Shown here in pieces: positions 38,954-49,054 of a DNA stretch of 64,000 bases. Position 1 is the first letter of the stretch, and every line of letters starts with the position of its first letter. Origin of the DNA: Candidatus Uhrbacteria bacterium (GTDB taxonomy: Bacteria; Patescibacteriota; Patescibacteriia; UBA9934; GWF2-40-263); assembly GCA_016844925.1 (NCBI GenBank), contig JAERTI010000038.1, positions 2,936 through 66,935 of the forward strand, read 5' to 3'. The notes beneath the pieces were generated by a model, which saw only the letters and a program-made list of their open reading frames with translations, had not been told where the DNA came from and ran no database searches. The translations under genes were made by a program, and so were the position numbers.

Positions 38954-39412
38954 ATGCATATTCCAGAACAGTTTCTCGGCTACGATGAAAAGACGCTCAT
39001 TCTTGTTTGTGACAAAAAAATCGCAAAGTTCTACACGGCGTTCGATCGAGAGTTTCAGTCTCTTGAGCAATTGGAGAATGACCGATTGTCTCTGGATGAT
39101 ACTGAGCGGTACACGGCGGCTATTGCCGAGGGTAAGCTCACAAAAGGTCAGGATGAGTCGTTGAAAGATCGTGAAGGGCAGACATTCTATAAGCATTTGG
39201 CACAGGTGCTCTTCACAAAGAAGCAAGAAGGACTCTTTGATACGTTGATACTCGTCGTGCCTCAAGACGATAAGAATAATCTTGTTGGTGCCCTGCATTC
39301 TGAGGTGGAGAAAACACTCGACCGCGTGATTGGCAAGCAGCTCACAAAAGTTTCAGAAGATCAGCTCGTAGAGAAGATTGACGCAGAGCGTCGGTCAGTG
39401 GCCAATAGCTAG
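38954..39412 (+). CDS. Host-attachment (AtsE)/baeRF-like protein
   Basis: LILVCD..AKFY, F...LA......FDTLILVVP, KQLTK pattern. Confidence 0.6.
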   Translation: MHIPEQFLGYDEKTLILVCDKKIAKFYTAFDREFQSLEQLENDRLSLDDTERYTAAIAEGKLTKGQDESLKDREGQTFYKHLAQVLFTKKQEGLFDTLILVVPQDDKNNLVGALHSEVEKTLDRVIGKQLTKVSEDQLVEKIDAERRSVANS

Positions 39413-39428
39413 ATGTAAACACCTGCTG

Positions 39429-39461
39429 AAAAAACCAATGGAATTAATCCATTGGTTTTTT
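39429..39461. terminator. Bidirectional terminator
   Basis: AAAAAACCAATGG...CCATTGGTTTTTT. Confidence 0.8.
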
Positions 39462-39537
39462 CTTTTTCATGAGATAAGTTGAGCTCGATGTCACAAAATG
39501 AGGTCTAGGTGCATAGTACTTGTGTAGGCCTATTTCT

Positions 39538-40044
39538 ATGAATGAACAAGAAAAGAAAAACCTGTTTTTACGGGAATACTCTAATCTATTTGATTACGTC
39601 TATCGTTACGTTTGTTATCGCGTTCCTCAGAGAGAGGAGGCTGAGGATTTGGTCTCTGAGACGTTCTTGCAAGCGTATCACCGGTTATGGGATTTCGATC
39701 CCTCTCGGGGACAGTTGCGTCAGTGGTTGACGGGAATAGCGAAAAATAAACTGCTCATGCATTGGCGCCGGCGTGTGGTGAGTGTGGATTTGGATGCGGT
39801 TGCAGAGATTCCGGATGGGCAGGAGGGGGAAACGTTGGCACTGCTGGATCATAAGTTAATCGTCGAGAAGCTCTTGGATCATGTGTCTGACGATATGAGC
39901 GCACTCTTAGCATTTCGTTATGTCGATGGGTTGTCCTGCGAAGAGATTGCGGAGATTCTCGGGAAGGAGGCGGCGGCTGTGAGGAAGAGTTTCTCTCGGC
40001 TGCATAAAAAACTTCAGAAGGTTTACGAAGAACACTATGCTTAA
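39538..40044 (+). CDS. ECF sigma factor
   Basis: AEDLVSETF, WLTGIAKN, GLSCEEIAEILG. Confidence 0.92.
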   Translation: MNEQEKKNLFLREYSNLFDYVYRYVCYRVPQREEAEDLVSETFLQAYHRLWDFDPSRGQLRQWLTGIAKNKLLMHWRRRVVSVDLDAVAEIPDGQEGETLALLDHKLIVEKLLDHVSDDMSALLAFRYVDGLSCEEIAEILGKEAAAVRKSFSRLHKKLQKVYEEHYA

Positions 40045-42031
40045 GAAAACTTTTACTGAGCGTTACGAGCGTGACCTCAAGTCGATTACCGTGAATGAAA
40101 ACTTGAAGCAGCAGATTGCTTCACAGCTTCAAGTTGAACAAGATGTTCCTGTAAAACAGAAAGCACCTTTACTTACATTAATGCGACCGCTCTTAGGGGT
40201 CGCTGCTACGGCTCTGGTGATTGTGTTGGTTGTTGGGATAGATGCAGAGCAGAACGTAAGCGTACTACCATCTTATGGTGAGCAGGTGGATGATTGGATG
40301 AGTAGAGAAACGGCGGAGTCTGGCGGGGGTAGTGGTCGGGCACTGAGTAATTCTTCTGGATTGGGTTCAGGTCTTAGCTCCATGGGAGGATTCCTCGATT
40401 CATTTTCTGCCACAACTTCATTAGGCTCTGGTTCGGCGCTTTCCAATGAGGCGATCGTCGAGTCTGACTCCATTGGGTTCTCCGTTGGCGGATCAAAGGA
40501 TGTCGATAGTTTCCGTACGAACATTGAGAACGGCTATCTCCCACTGATCGATTCGATTACTTATGAGGGGCTGTTCTATGAATACTTCTTTGAGACAGGT
40601 GCTGCAAAGGAATGCGATGAGTTGTTCTGTCCGTCGTATGCGCAGGCTGTCTCACGAGACCCTCTTTCAGGTGAGGAGGAGTATTACCTCGCGGTCGGTC
40701 TGAACTCCGGTATGAAAGAATCTGATTTTGAGCGGAAGAAGTTAAACTTGGTAATCGTGATGGATATTTCAGGGTCCATGAGTTCGCCGTTCGATCAGTA
40801 TTATTACGACGCTCACGGAAACTACATTGAGGCCGAAGGATACACGTCAGACTCAAAAATGCAGGTGGCGAATGAATCCGTCGTGGGACTCCTTGATCAC
40901 CTCAATGCAGATGATCGTTTGGGAGTCGTGCTGTTTAATAATGGGGCGCATGTAGCAAAGACTGTTCGTTACATCGGTGAAACAGACATGGAGGCACTTC
41001 AGGGGCACATTCTGGACATCAGTCCGGACGGTGGGACAGATATGTCAGAGGGGATGGAAGCGGCGAGTGATTTACTTGCTGAGTTTGAAGGTGTCGATGC
41101 TGATGAGTACGAGAACAGAATTATCTTCATCACCGATGCTATGCCAAACAGTGGTGAAACCTCAAAGGGTGGACTCTTCGATATGGTGGAAGATAATGCC
41201 GACGATGGAATCTATACAACCTTCATTGGAGTGGGGGTAGATTTTCAGGCTGAGCTTGTCGAATCTATGACAAAGGTGCGAGGAGCGAACTATTATTCTG
41301 TGCATTCCTCGAGTGAGTTTAACGAGCGTATGGACGAGGGGTTTGAATACATGGTCACGCCACTTGTGTTCGACTTAGAACTTACGCTTGAGGCAGAAGG
41401 GTATGACATTGAGAACGTCTACGGCTCTCCTGAGGCGGATAAATCTACCGGAGAGATTCTCTATGTGAACACGTTGTTCCCCTCAAAGACGGAAGGGGGA
41501 GAGACACGTGGAGGATTGGTCCTCTTGAAGCTTACGAAGACATCCGAGAATGGAGAGATAAGGCTAAGCGCGAAGTACGAGGATCGTACTGGTGATACAT
41601 TTTCTCACTCGTCGGAGATTGAGTTTGAAGATGTGGAAGCTGGGTCCTATGACAACATGGGCATCCGCAAGGGGATTCTGCTCTCACGGTATGTCGACCT
41701 CATCAAAAATTGGATCATCGATGAGCGCGGAGCTGTGGTGTATGGTGGGGAGGTGGAAGTGAGTCTCGATGATGAGGTGGGTATTATTGCGCCAGATGAT
41801 ATTCCTACGGGGAGCCAGTGGGAACAGACGTCGGTTCCACTCTCTGTCTCAGGGGGCTATCAGGAGATATTTGAACTGTTCTCCGAGTATCTACAATGGG
41901 AGATTGAGGAGATTGGCGATGAGGAGCTCGAGCAGGAGCTTGAATTGCTAGATCTTCTTTTGGACGATGTTGAATATGATGAGGTTGAAGACGGGGTATC
42001 AGGCAACTTCTTTGATGACTGGGATTTTTAG
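40037..42031 (+). CDS. Membrane-anchored vWA protein (putative anti-sigma)
   Basis: Overlaps the sigma stop; TM near N-terminus; DISGSM MIDAS, GGT, ITDA. Confidence 0.85.
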   Translation: MLKKTFTERYERDLKSITVNENLKQQIASQLQVEQDVPVKQKAPLLTLMRPLLGVAATALVIVLVVGIDAEQNVSVLPSYGEQVDDWMSRETAESGGGSGRALSNSSGLGSGLSSMGGFLDSFSATTSLGSGSALSNEAIVESDSIGFSVGGSKDVDSFRTNIENGYLPLIDSITYEGLFYEYFFETGAAKECDELFCPSYAQAVSRDPLSGEEEYYLAVGLNSGMKESDFERKKLNLVIVMDISGSMSSPFDQYYYDAHGNYIEAEGYTSDSKMQVANESVVGLLDHLNADDRLGVVLFNNGAHVAKTVRYIGETDMEALQGHILDISPDGGTDMSEGMEAASDLLAEFEGVDADEYENRIIFITDAMPNSGETSKGGLFDMVEDNADDGIYTTFIGVGVDFQAELVESMTKVRGANYYSVHSSSEFNERMDEGFEYMVTPLVFDLELTLEAEGYDIENVYGSPEADKSTGEILYVNTLFPSKTEGGETRGGLVLLKLTKTSENGEIRLSAKYEDRTGDTFSHSSEIEFEDVEAGSYDNMGIRKGILLSRYVDLIKNWIIDERGAVVYGGEVEVSLDDEVGIIAPDDIPTGSQWEQTSVPLSVSGGYQEIFELFSEYLQWEIEEIGDEELEQELELLDLLLDDVEYDEVEDGVSGNFFDDWDF

Positions 42032-42037
42032 CCCATC

Positions 42038-42069
42038 AAAAAACCAATGGCATTGCCCATTGGTTTTTT
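42038..42069. terminator. Bidirectional terminator
   Basis: Same arms as 39429..39461. Confidence 0.8.
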
Positions 42070-42076
42070 GTTTATT

Positions 42077-43243
42077 CTATTGTGGACATTCTCCCACACG
42101 CTCACACATGTAGTCAGAAACGGTCATGCCAACAAGGAAATCTCGGCTTGCTAACTCCTGAAAGAATGCGTCGAATGCATCAGAGTTTTCTTCGTTCGTG
42201 TCATAGTCCTTGGGGTGGAATACAACATTGATGACACTTGTTGGATCAATGGTTTCTGGATCCAGGGCATCAATGACTTGGAGGATATGTGTCGAGACAG
42301 TCTCGGTGCAGCTGCCAGTTTGTGCCCCAATCCACGTGTGGCCGATAGAGGTAATACCTTGGCCTCGGAGAATGCGTGGAGTGTTTGGGAGCGAGACGGT
42401 GGACCATGTTGGTCGACCACTTGGGCAGTGATTGTTGGGGTCATGAAGCTCTTCGCTGTTGGGGTTGTTGCCATCGTCTCCTGTTTGGTAAATCCATTCT
42501 GGTTGACGATCAACGATGAGGTCTGTTCCTTCAACGGTTCTCGCTATGTGCCCCCATGCATCTTGCCAGTCATTAATAATCTCCATGTACTCATCCATTG
42601 ATTGTGTTTCAAGGTCTGAGTAGATCGAGTGACCGTGTGCTGCTTCTGGGTCGTCGCTGTACCCGTCCCAGTCATTGTGTGTGAAGCCGTGTCGGTGAAT
42701 GGCGAGTTCATGACCGCCGTCGATCATGGATTGAGTGATGGCTATCCCTCTTTCTGATTCAGCAAGGCGCGTGATCCAGTGGATCTGATGCTGAAACGTT
42801 CCTTTGAGGCCAGCATCATCCAGTGCGGCGATCATGCGTTCTAAGCTATCGAGGGAATCTTCCCATTCTTCTTCTGTGACACATCGGGCGCTGGTGTCGT
42901 CACAGACACGAGAAGATGATGATTCCATGTGTATTGAGAGCAAGACAGGGATACCTTCGTTGCTCGTTTTTTCCTCGAGGGTCGGTTCTTCTTCATCAGG
43001 TGGTTCATCGGGTTCAGTTTGTGGTGTGCTCTCTTTTTCTGGTGGCTGGTCAGTGTTTGTTACGACATCTTCGGTAGTTGGTTGGTTTTGACTTGAGACA
43101 TAGAGCCAACCCAATCCTCCGATGATGAGCACGAGGACGACGACGATACCTACGAGTAGTCGCGTGAGATGTTTCTCTTGCTCTGCCTCATTGTCATTAT
43201 TAAGATTCGATGTTTCTTGTGTGGGTGCGTCAGATTCGTTCAT
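42077..43243 (-). CDS. Membrane-anchored polysaccharide deacetylase-like protein
   Basis: TM; SIHME, GHELAIHRH, VFHP. Confidence 0.6.
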   Translation of the reverse strand: MNESDAPTQETSNLNNDNEAEQEKHLTRLLVGIVVVLVLIIGGLGWLYVSSQNQPTTEDVVTNTDQPPEKESTPQTEPDEPPDEEEPTLEEKTSNEGIPVLLSIHMESSSSRVCDDTSARCVTEEEWEDSLDSLERMIAALDDAGLKGTFQHQIHWITRLAESERGIAITQSMIDGGHELAIHRHGFTHNDWDGYSDDPEAAHGHSIYSDLETQSMDEYMEIINDWQDAWGHIARTVEGTDLIVDRQPEWIYQTGDDGNNPNSEELHDPNNHCPSGRPTWSTVSLPNTPRILRGQGITSIGHTWIGAQTGSCTETVSTHILQVIDALDPETIDPTSVINVVFHPKDYDTNEENSDAFDAFFQELASRDFLVGMTVSDYMCERVGECPQ

Positions 43244-43346
43244 AGATGTTGTAACAATAAGTGTATGTTCGTGTTCATATACATCAGTATAGCAAGAAAG
43301 TTACATGCTATACTTCGATTAACTTTTTCTTTTTCAAAATGATTCT

Positions 43347-44933
43347 ATGTTGCGCAAGTCCGTTTTTACTCTCTTGGTCATGGCCATAGGTGTGATCAGT
43401 TCCTTTGGTCTCGTTCGCGCCTACGACGCGGAGCTCGCAGAGCGTCTTCATGGCTACATTCTTCTTCAGGTCGAAGAGCATGGTGAGGCCTGGTTTATTC
43501 GCTCATCAGACTCATTGCGCTACTACATGGAAGACGGAGATGCAGCGTACACGATGATGCGATACTTCAGTCTTGGAATTACTGATGAGGATTTGGAGAG
43601 TATTCCATCTGTTGAGGACACATCTGAAATGCTCTCAGCTGAGTCTGTGTGTGATTCAAATGATCTTGCGAGCCGGCTGGCCGGAGAGATTTTGTTGCAA
43701 GTCGAGCAAAACGGTGAGGCTTGGTATGTCTATCCTGGCACGTGTCGCATGATTTACATGGCAGACGGAGATGAGGCTTACACCATCATGCGTTACCTCG
43801 GGTTGGGTATTACAAATGGAGACCTTGAGCTTATTGAAGAGGGGGTCTTGGCGGTCAATGAATACAAAGATTATTCTATTTCTATTTATCCTGATTATTC
43901 AGAGCTCGAGACAGAAGATGGTTACAAGCCGTTCATTCCTTATGGCAATGGTCGCGGAGTACAAGTAACTTCATCGGCGATTGTGACCTTGCAGACCATG
44001 GAGGCGGGGCAAGTATCGGCCATTCAACACGGGCTCGAGGAAGAGGAGGTAACACAGGAGTCCGTTACTGTGGCCGACGGGTCAGGTATGGCGTTTTCAG
44101 CAGCGTCACTTTCCGAGGTGAATGACACACTTCTTGCCGTCTGGCTCTCTCCATCGGGGATCACCACGGGGTTTTCTGTAGATGGGGGAATGCAGTGGGG
44201 TGATGAGGAAGTTCTTACTGAGCGTCCAACAGGCCCATCGGTACCAAGCTCATGTCTTTGGCAGGATGATGAGGGAGAGCTTCGTGGCATGGTGGCCTGG
44301 GTTGATCCTCCAACAAGTGAGGATGGAGGCCCACTGTATGTCGCAGAGTACGAAGGAGGTGCTTGGGGAGATGCTGTGCAGGTGGGGGAAAGTGAGCTGA
44401 TCTCAAGTCCATCACTTGCCTGTTTTTCAGATCACCAGTCTATGGTGTTTCGTCAGGATGGTGACAGTGGCTTACATGTTCACTTCACGCAGCGTCGTGA
44501 CGGTGAGTGGGAAGACCCCGAAGAGATTTTGCTCGGAGCCGATCCACACATGGCAGAGTGTGGTGATGATATTTGGGTGGGGTATCACTGGAACGGTGCA
44601 CGCCGCGGTCACTCCAGTGATGGGGGAGATACGTGGACCTACGAGACCGTCGACAATTCAGGAAAATTTGGATCCATTGCTTGTGAAGGAAATATTGTAG
44701 CCTATCAGTGGGGAGATTACGCTTCGCGGGAGGCGGCAAATACAAAAGACAGTACACAGCGAACGGTCGGCGTTGAGTTGAGTTTCGATGGTGGGGAGAG
44801 CTGGGAGAGTTGGGAACCTGCCGAAGGTGAGATGGAGCAGAGTATTGCTTCTGTGGATGTGTATGACTCAGAGGTGATTATTTTCTGGCGTTCTCCAGAC
44901 AGCATTCGTATAAAACGTTATTCCGGTAATTAG
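43347..44933 (+). CDS. Secreted BNR/sialidase-like protein with duplicated N-terminal domain
   Basis: Signal peptide; two GxILLQVExxGEAW repeats; SxDGGxxW boxes. Confidence 0.8.
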   Translation: MLRKSVFTLLVMAIGVISSFGLVRAYDAELAERLHGYILLQVEEHGEAWFIRSSDSLRYYMEDGDAAYTMMRYFSLGITDEDLESIPSVEDTSEMLSAESVCDSNDLASRLAGEILLQVEQNGEAWYVYPGTCRMIYMADGDEAYTIMRYLGLGITNGDLELIEEGVLAVNEYKDYSISIYPDYSELETEDGYKPFIPYGNGRGVQVTSSAIVTLQTMEAGQVSAIQHGLEEEEVTQESVTVADGSGMAFSAASLSEVNDTLLAVWLSPSGITTGFSVDGGMQWGDEEVLTERPTGPSVPSSCLWQDDEGELRGMVAWVDPPTSEDGGPLYVAEYEGGAWGDAVQVGESELISSPSLACFSDHQSMVFRQDGDSGLHVHFTQRRDGEWEDPEEILLGADPHMAECGDDIWVGYHWNGARRGHSSDGGDTWTYETVDNSGKFGSIACEGNIVAYQWGDYASREAANTKDSTQRTVGVELSFDGGESWESWEPAEGEMEQSIASVDVYDSEVIIFWRSPDSIRIKRYSGN

Positions 44934-44939
44934 AATCAT

Positions 44940-46187
44940 GTGACATCCCAAACAAAACATCTTATCGCCATCGTTGTTTTACTGATCGTGGCAATTGCTC
45001 TGGGTGCGGCGTACTACTTTAGATCTGCAGAGGGGCTGCAATACACCATCCCGCTTTTTGAAGAAGAGGTGGATTTGCTGGAACCCGATGTCGAAGATGA
45101 CCTCTCGCAAGAGCCCGTCGTCGAGGAAGAGCGCGCTCCTTCGATCTATCCATCCTATTCATTCATTGCTACACCAGACACGACGCGTCCCGGCGTGCCC
45201 TTTGGCAATGGGACAGGGGTGCAGATTGTTGACGATGCGATTGTGACAGTTCATTCAGAAAATAGAGCGCTCTACGTTACACGTCACCAGCTGATTGATG
45301 ATGAGGTTGTTGCTCAGAGCACTGAACTTTCCTATGAAGGATCGTGGTCAACCCCTGGAGCGCTTTCAGAATCTGATGAGTCCCTGGTGTTTCTCTATCT
45401 GACGGATAAGGGAATGTATACGCGTATGTCTGATGATGGGGGTTTGAGCTGGAATGAGCCAGTTCGTGTCGGAGAGAATCCGGTGGGCCCAGCAACACCA
45501 TCTGCGTGTCTGTGGCATGAAGATGGTGAACTCCGTTCGCTCATCGCTTGGGTTGCCCCTCCGCAATCTGGCGATGGTGGACCCGTGTATGTTGGTGAGT
45601 GGGATGGTGAGGGTTGGGAGGTTGTCGAAGTAGGTGACTTCTCTTATGCCTCAAGCCCGTCGCTTGATTGCGACGAGGGGCAGCAGTCAATAGTGTTGCG
45701 TGTGGCCGCTGAGGCGGGATCAACTTCTGAGATCGATCTCTACTTTGCCCGGCGAGATGCTGCAGGGAATTGGCCAGAGCCAGAATATGTCTTTGCTGGA
45801 GCAGATCCACATCTGGCTGTGTGCGATGAGCAATACTGGATCGGCTATCACCACAGGGGATACAGCTACGCTTCTTCACAGGATGCAGGCGAGAGTTGGG
45901 AGAAGACTTCTATTAGCACAACATCAAAGTTCGGTTCTATTTCATGTGATGGAGATGTCGTTGTGACGAGTTGGGGGCTGTGGCCGACACTGCGCCAGGC
46001 GAACGAGCGAGATCCTGATACAAGACAGCTGAGTGCACAAGTGAGTTTTGATAACGGTGAGACCTGGCAGAGCTGGGCACCAGTGGGAGAGGAGACGGGG
46101 CACGGTACGGCATCTTCGGATGTGGTTGAGGGGGCGATCGTTCTTTTTTGGAGATCACCAGAGGGCGTGCACGTGGCGACGTACTAG
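44940..46187 (+). CDS. Membrane-anchored BNR/sialidase-like paralogue
   Basis: Shares PxGNGxGVQ, DGGPxYV, GADPH, KFGSI, FWRSP with the upstream gene. Confidence 0.8.
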   Translation: MTSQTKHLIAIVVLLIVAIALGAAYYFRSAEGLQYTIPLFEEEVDLLEPDVEDDLSQEPVVEEERAPSIYPSYSFIATPDTTRPGVPFGNGTGVQIVDDAIVTVHSENRALYVTRHQLIDDEVVAQSTELSYEGSWSTPGALSESDESLVFLYLTDKGMYTRMSDDGGLSWNEPVRVGENPVGPATPSACLWHEDGELRSLIAWVAPPQSGDGGPVYVGEWDGEGWEVVEVGDFSYASSPSLDCDEGQQSIVLRVAAEAGSTSEIDLYFARRDAAGNWPEPEYVFAGADPHLAVCDEQYWIGYHHRGYSYASSQDAGESWEKTSISTTSKFGSISCDGDVVVTSWGLWPTLRQANERDPDTRQLSAQVSFDNGETWQSWAPVGEETGHGTASSDVVEGAIVLFWRSPEGVHVATY

Positions 46188-46325
46188 CGCGAGAAATGAA
46201 AAAGCATCAGATTAATCTGATGCTTTTTGTATTGACAGGGCGACGATTCACGGGTATATAGATGTCTCCCTAAGTCGGTTCTTAGGGGGGCTGGTTCAAA
46301 TGGGAATGGTCCCATAGGAGCAAAC

Positions 46326-46757
46326 ATGAGCGCGTCTCGACGGAAAATCTTCCTCGACATCCTCGCTGGCGAGAGTCGGTGTGTGAAGGTCTATGAGGAC
46401 GAGTACTGTCTCGCGATTCTCAACATCTTCCCGCACAAGCCTGGGCACGTCCTGGTTCTGCCCAAGCGGACCGACGCGACCAACGTGTTGGAGATGAATG
46501 TGGGTCTCTTTGCCCGCCTCATGCAGGTGGCGCAGTACATCACCCCGCACGTCATCAAGGCGATGGGGGCGGACGCAGCGAAGATCGACATGAGCACCGG
46601 TCCGGCAGCAGGTCTGCTCATCGACTACCCGCACGTGCACATCATCTGCTACAAGCAGGGGCAGTACACCCCGCGCCCTTCCTCGGACCCCGGCTGGCGA
46701 GTCCTGGAGGAAGACGGCGAGAAGATCCGAGCCGCCATCTCTGGCGCTCTGGACTGA
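46326..46757 (+). CDS. HIT-family protein with variant triad
   Basis: IFLDIL, VYEDE, PGHVLVLPK, YPHVHII; TAGGAG SD; promoter at 46232..46260. Confidence 0.85.
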   Translation: MSASRRKIFLDILAGESRCVKVYEDEYCLAILNIFPHKPGHVLVLPKRTDATNVLEMNVGLFARLMQVAQYITPHVIKAMGADAAKIDMSTGPAAGLLIDYPHVHIICYKQGQYTPRPSSDPGWRVLEEDGEKIRAAISGALD

Positions 46758-46817
46758 GTCACGCACCCGATACGCGGGTGCTTTTTGATTGTAGAAAAAA
46801 TCCTAGCCACGTGTTGG

Positions 46818-47273
46818 CTAGGTGGTCCTCACAACGGTGATGGGTGAGGGGTCGAGGGTGTCCAGCTCCAAAGGGTGGGGCCCTTCCGTGAAGATCACGG
46901 ACAATCCCTTCTTCTCTCTCGAACTAACGAGGGAGAAGAGATCGCCGTTGCTGAGAAAGTGCTTCTGTCCTTTTGCCAGGCGCGAACCCTTGCGCCAGAC
47001 GCCGTTTTTGGACAGGTCGGCGATGACCCACATGTTTAAGGCAGCTGGCCTAATCACCATGTGGAGCCTGCTGAGTTTTCCCATGAGTTCCGGGTGGGAC
47101 CAGGGCTCACGAGCGAACTGGAGATGGGCACGATGCATTCCGTCGTGCATGTTCGGGGCCGGGTAGTGATCCCTGCCCACTGATACACCACTGTCCGGCA
47201 GGTCGTTTTCCAGGAACGCTTGTCCCTTCCAACACCATACGAGTTTAGGCACCACGAGTCCTTTCGTCAGCAA
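46818..47273 (-). CDS. FHA-domain protein (start uncertain)
   Basis: VGR, SRLH, DLSKNG, LSNGD. Confidence 0.7.
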   Translation of the reverse strand: MLTKGLVVPKLVWCWKGQAFLENDLPDSGVSVGRDHYPAPNMHDGMHRAHLQFAREPWSHPELMGKLSRLHMVIRPAALNMWVIADLSKNGVWRKGSRLAKGQKHFLSNGDLFSLVSSREKKGLSVIFTEGPHPLELDTLDPSPITVVRTT

Positions 47274-47427
47274 GCGGATAGCCTAAGTGAGTTTTATCAC
47301 AGAAGGTTTGTGGGAGCCAACGGGTATGCATATCAGGCTCAAAAAAGTTTTCAAAATGAAGACCCCGTACCAGACAGGCAGGGGGCCTTCATCTGATGCG
47401 GGGTTCGTTACCGCGTACGGTGATGCG

Positions 47428-47820
47428 TCAGTCGGTGAAGGGCCAGGTGGGCACCTCGTCGAGCTTCGCCAGCTGAGCGTCGATCTCGACCAGCGCCTGG
47501 TTGAACGCGCGCTGGTGCTCGTACTCCCTGATCAAGCCCGGGATGATTCCGCAGAGCATGTGCAGGAGGCTGGTGAGGTTGAAGCCGGCGATCCAGTTTC
47601 GGATCCACTCCATCTTGGTCGTGGACTGGGTCAGGGTGAGCGTCTTGGGTCCACCGTCTTCTTCGCTGGTGTCCGGTCGGAGGATGAAGCTGAGCTCCGT
47701 GATCTCCCAACCCATGATCTGATGCGCCTCATCGTGATCTGTGGCGATGTGGTGCGTGAGCTTCAGAATGAGGCGCAGTTCGCCCACATCCTCGCTGATC
47801 TCGTGCAGTTCCTGTCGCAT
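47428..47820 (-). CDS. Orphan protein
   Basis: TAGGAG SD before ATG 47820; TTGACA-N17-TATATA at 47866..47894. Confidence 0.7.
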   Translation of the reverse strand: MRQELHEISEDVGELRLILKLTHHIATDHDEAHQIMGWEITELSFILRPDTSEEDGGPKTLTLTQSTTKMEWIRNWIAGFNLTSLLHMLCGIIPGLIREYEHQRAFNQALVEIDAQLAKLDEVPTWPFTD

Positions 47821-47960
47821 GTGTGCTCCTAGTTGGCCATGCATGTTTCGAAAAAGAAACATCTATATATACCAGAAAATAAGCTTTTTGTCAATCCAAA
47901 GAGGCTAAAATAAAAGAAAAAACGGATCACAATGATCCGTGGCGTGTGTTCGTGGATGAA

Positions 47961-48929
47961 CTAGAGCAGGCCTTCTTGCCGGTACCAGTCAATGGCTCTG
48001 GTGAGCCAGGCTTGGGTTGGTTCCGGGTGCCAGTCCAGTTCCTCGCGGGTTCGTTCGCAGAGGAAGTCTGCGTTGTCGCGGAGCATGGCTTGAACCTTTT
48101 CCGTGCCCATGGGGGTGGCCTTGCGTCCTGTCCGGTGACAGGTCCAGGTGATGACCTTTGCGAGGGAGAGAGCGAGCCAGCCTGGCAGGATGCGAGCGCG
48201 CTTGATGCGGGTTCCAAGCGCGAGCTCCAGCTGGAGGTACAGCTCCTCGGTTGTGTAGCTGTCTGCCGTGAGGGTGTAGATGCCGCGATGGGTCCCACGT
48301 TCACCGGCGGCGATGATGCCGCGCACGCAGTCGTCGATCGAGAGCAGGTAGAACGTGCTCTGGACGAATGCGGGGAGTGAGCCCTTGGCCATGGCCAGCA
48401 TGATCTTGGCGGAGCCTCCGAGGCGACGGCCCTGTACGGATGCCGGGCGCACGATGACGACCTCGGGTCCTTCGGGCCCCAGGTTTTGAACCACCGTCTC
48501 TGCGCAGAGCTTGGTGTGACCGTAGGCAGATCCTCGGAAGTCGGATGCGCCTGTGACACTCTTCTGCGAGATGGCCGTGACGCTGCTGATGTAGACGAGC
48601 CGCTTCACCTCTGCGCGCCGCATGGCTTCGCAAACGATCTGGGTTCCAAGCCCGTTCACCTTCCACATCTCCCCGACCTCTTGAGGGGGGAGATCCCATC
48701 CGTTGATGCCGGCCAGGTGGTAGACCACTTGGCAGCCTCGCATCATCTTGGTGAGCTGTCCGGTGTTGAACAGGTCTCCGTGCACGGCTTGGGCGCCTGC
48801 AGCCTCGACGGTTGCGGCGGCATCTTCTGAGCGGACGAGGGCGATCACGTCGTGGTGTTCACTCAGGGCGCGGATCAGCGATTCGCCGATGAATCCGCTT
48901 CCTCCGGTGATGAATACTCGTGAGTTCAC
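47961..48929 (-). CDS. NAD-dependent epimerase/dehydratase (extended SDR)
   Basis: TGGSGFIG, YHLAG, YGHTK, VRP; AAGGAGG SD before GTG. Confidence 0.9.
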   Translation of the reverse strand: MNSRVFITGGSGFIGESLIRALSEHHDVIALVRSEDAAATVEAAGAQAVHGDLFNTGQLTKMMRGCQVVYHLAGINGWDLPPQEVGEMWKVNGLGTQIVCEAMRRAEVKRLVYISSVTAISQKSVTGASDFRGSAYGHTKLCAETVVQNLGPEGPEVVIVRPASVQGRRLGGSAKIMLAMAKGSLPAFVQSTFYLLSIDDCVRGIIAAGERGTHRGIYTLTADSYTTEELYLQLELALGTRIKRARILPGWLALSLAKVITWTCHRTGRKATPMGTEKVQAMLRDNADFLCERTREELDWHPEPTQAWLTRAIDWYRQEGLL

Positions 48930-49054
48930 GGTTCCTCCTTCATGCGTGTGCATGCGCCGTATCTGTACCATATGTTACGGCCCTGTCAATGGATTTGTCG
49001 TATCATGCGAAGTTTTCCTCTTGAGATTTCGCCATTTTCTGGCATAGTAGGGCC

